Assembly: GCF_001194135.2 (NCBI RefSeq)
Contig: NC_068983.1
Coordinates: 3,130,852 to 3,179,262, forward strand
DNA: 48,411 nucleotides
Direction: 5' to 3'
Source: Octopus bimaculoides
Lineage: Eukaryota
Shown here: positions 48,102 to 48,411 of the stretch, piece by piece
How the letters are laid out: each line of letters begins with the position of its first letter
How positions within the stretch are numbered: position 1 is the first letter of the stretch
Notes under the pieces: model-generated
Seen by the model: the letters and a program-made list of their open reading frames with translations, nothing else
The model's database searches: none
Told to the model about the DNA's origin: nothing
Translations under genes and position numbers: made by a program

Positions 48102-48186
48102 GTGTTCCCTTTTCTTATTATTCCTTGAGATGTCAAAATCGTCGTTACACATCTGTGCTCTGTTCACACACGTATTTCCACTGAAT
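48102..48186 (-). CDS. Candidate 85-nt exon
   Basis: Acceptor tagttttcaacag| and donor CAC|gtaagt. Only one frame is open: FSGNTCVNRAQMCNDDFDISRNNKKREH, with an in-frame ATG at 48152. Confidence 0.25.
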
Positions 48187-48335
48187 CTGTTGAAAACTAG
48201 TTTCTAGCGAGTTTTTATAAATACTTCAACATGTTTTCTTTACATTCTGATTAAACTGTGGGACATTCGGATCAACTGCATAGTTGTTGTTTAACATTTT
48301 GACGCGGGCCAACTTGGGCCACTTGCCTTCCCCTA

Positions 48336-48337
<2 letters not shown>

Positions 48338-48411
<74 letters not shown>
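48338..48411. repeat. (CA)n microsatellite
   Basis: Directly visible. Confidence 0.95.

Noticed and set aside
120-48411. Dozens of ORFs rich in CV, YI, HT, LS or X residues
   Set aside because: They are translations of (TG)n, (TA)n, (CA)n and (CT)n microsatellites or N gaps and have no coding signature.

Overview
AT-rich, repeat-dense eukaryotic non-coding DNA with 10 N-gaps. The repeat families resemble those I recall from Octopus genomes; this is an inference, not a database result. No intact protein-coding gene, rRNA or true tRNA gene can be supported, and almost all ORFs in the supplied track are microsatellite translations. Recognisable content: (i) decayed retroelement fragments, namely Penelope-like (RT N-terminus; RT thumb plus GIY-YIG), two tandem R4/Dong-like REL-endonuclease 3' ends, a CR1-clade LINE 3' end and a short RTE RT piece; (ii) an internally deleted maT/DD37D-like Tc1/mariner element, pogo-like MITEs and several foldback elements; (iii) many copies of three tRNA-derived SINE families plus other dispersed repeats; (iv) microsatellites and a 29-bp minisatellite. 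The most interesting signal is several unrelated short non-autonomous repeats that each carry a minimal type I hammerhead-ribozyme-like motif with a palindromic helix III, as known from Penelope-like elements. Two of these motif families sit inside inverted-repeat structures. Also notable are a nested foldback element, headless tail-to-tail SINE palindromes, and a speculative minus-strand two-exon small secreted peptide. I found no convincing new protein-coding system.
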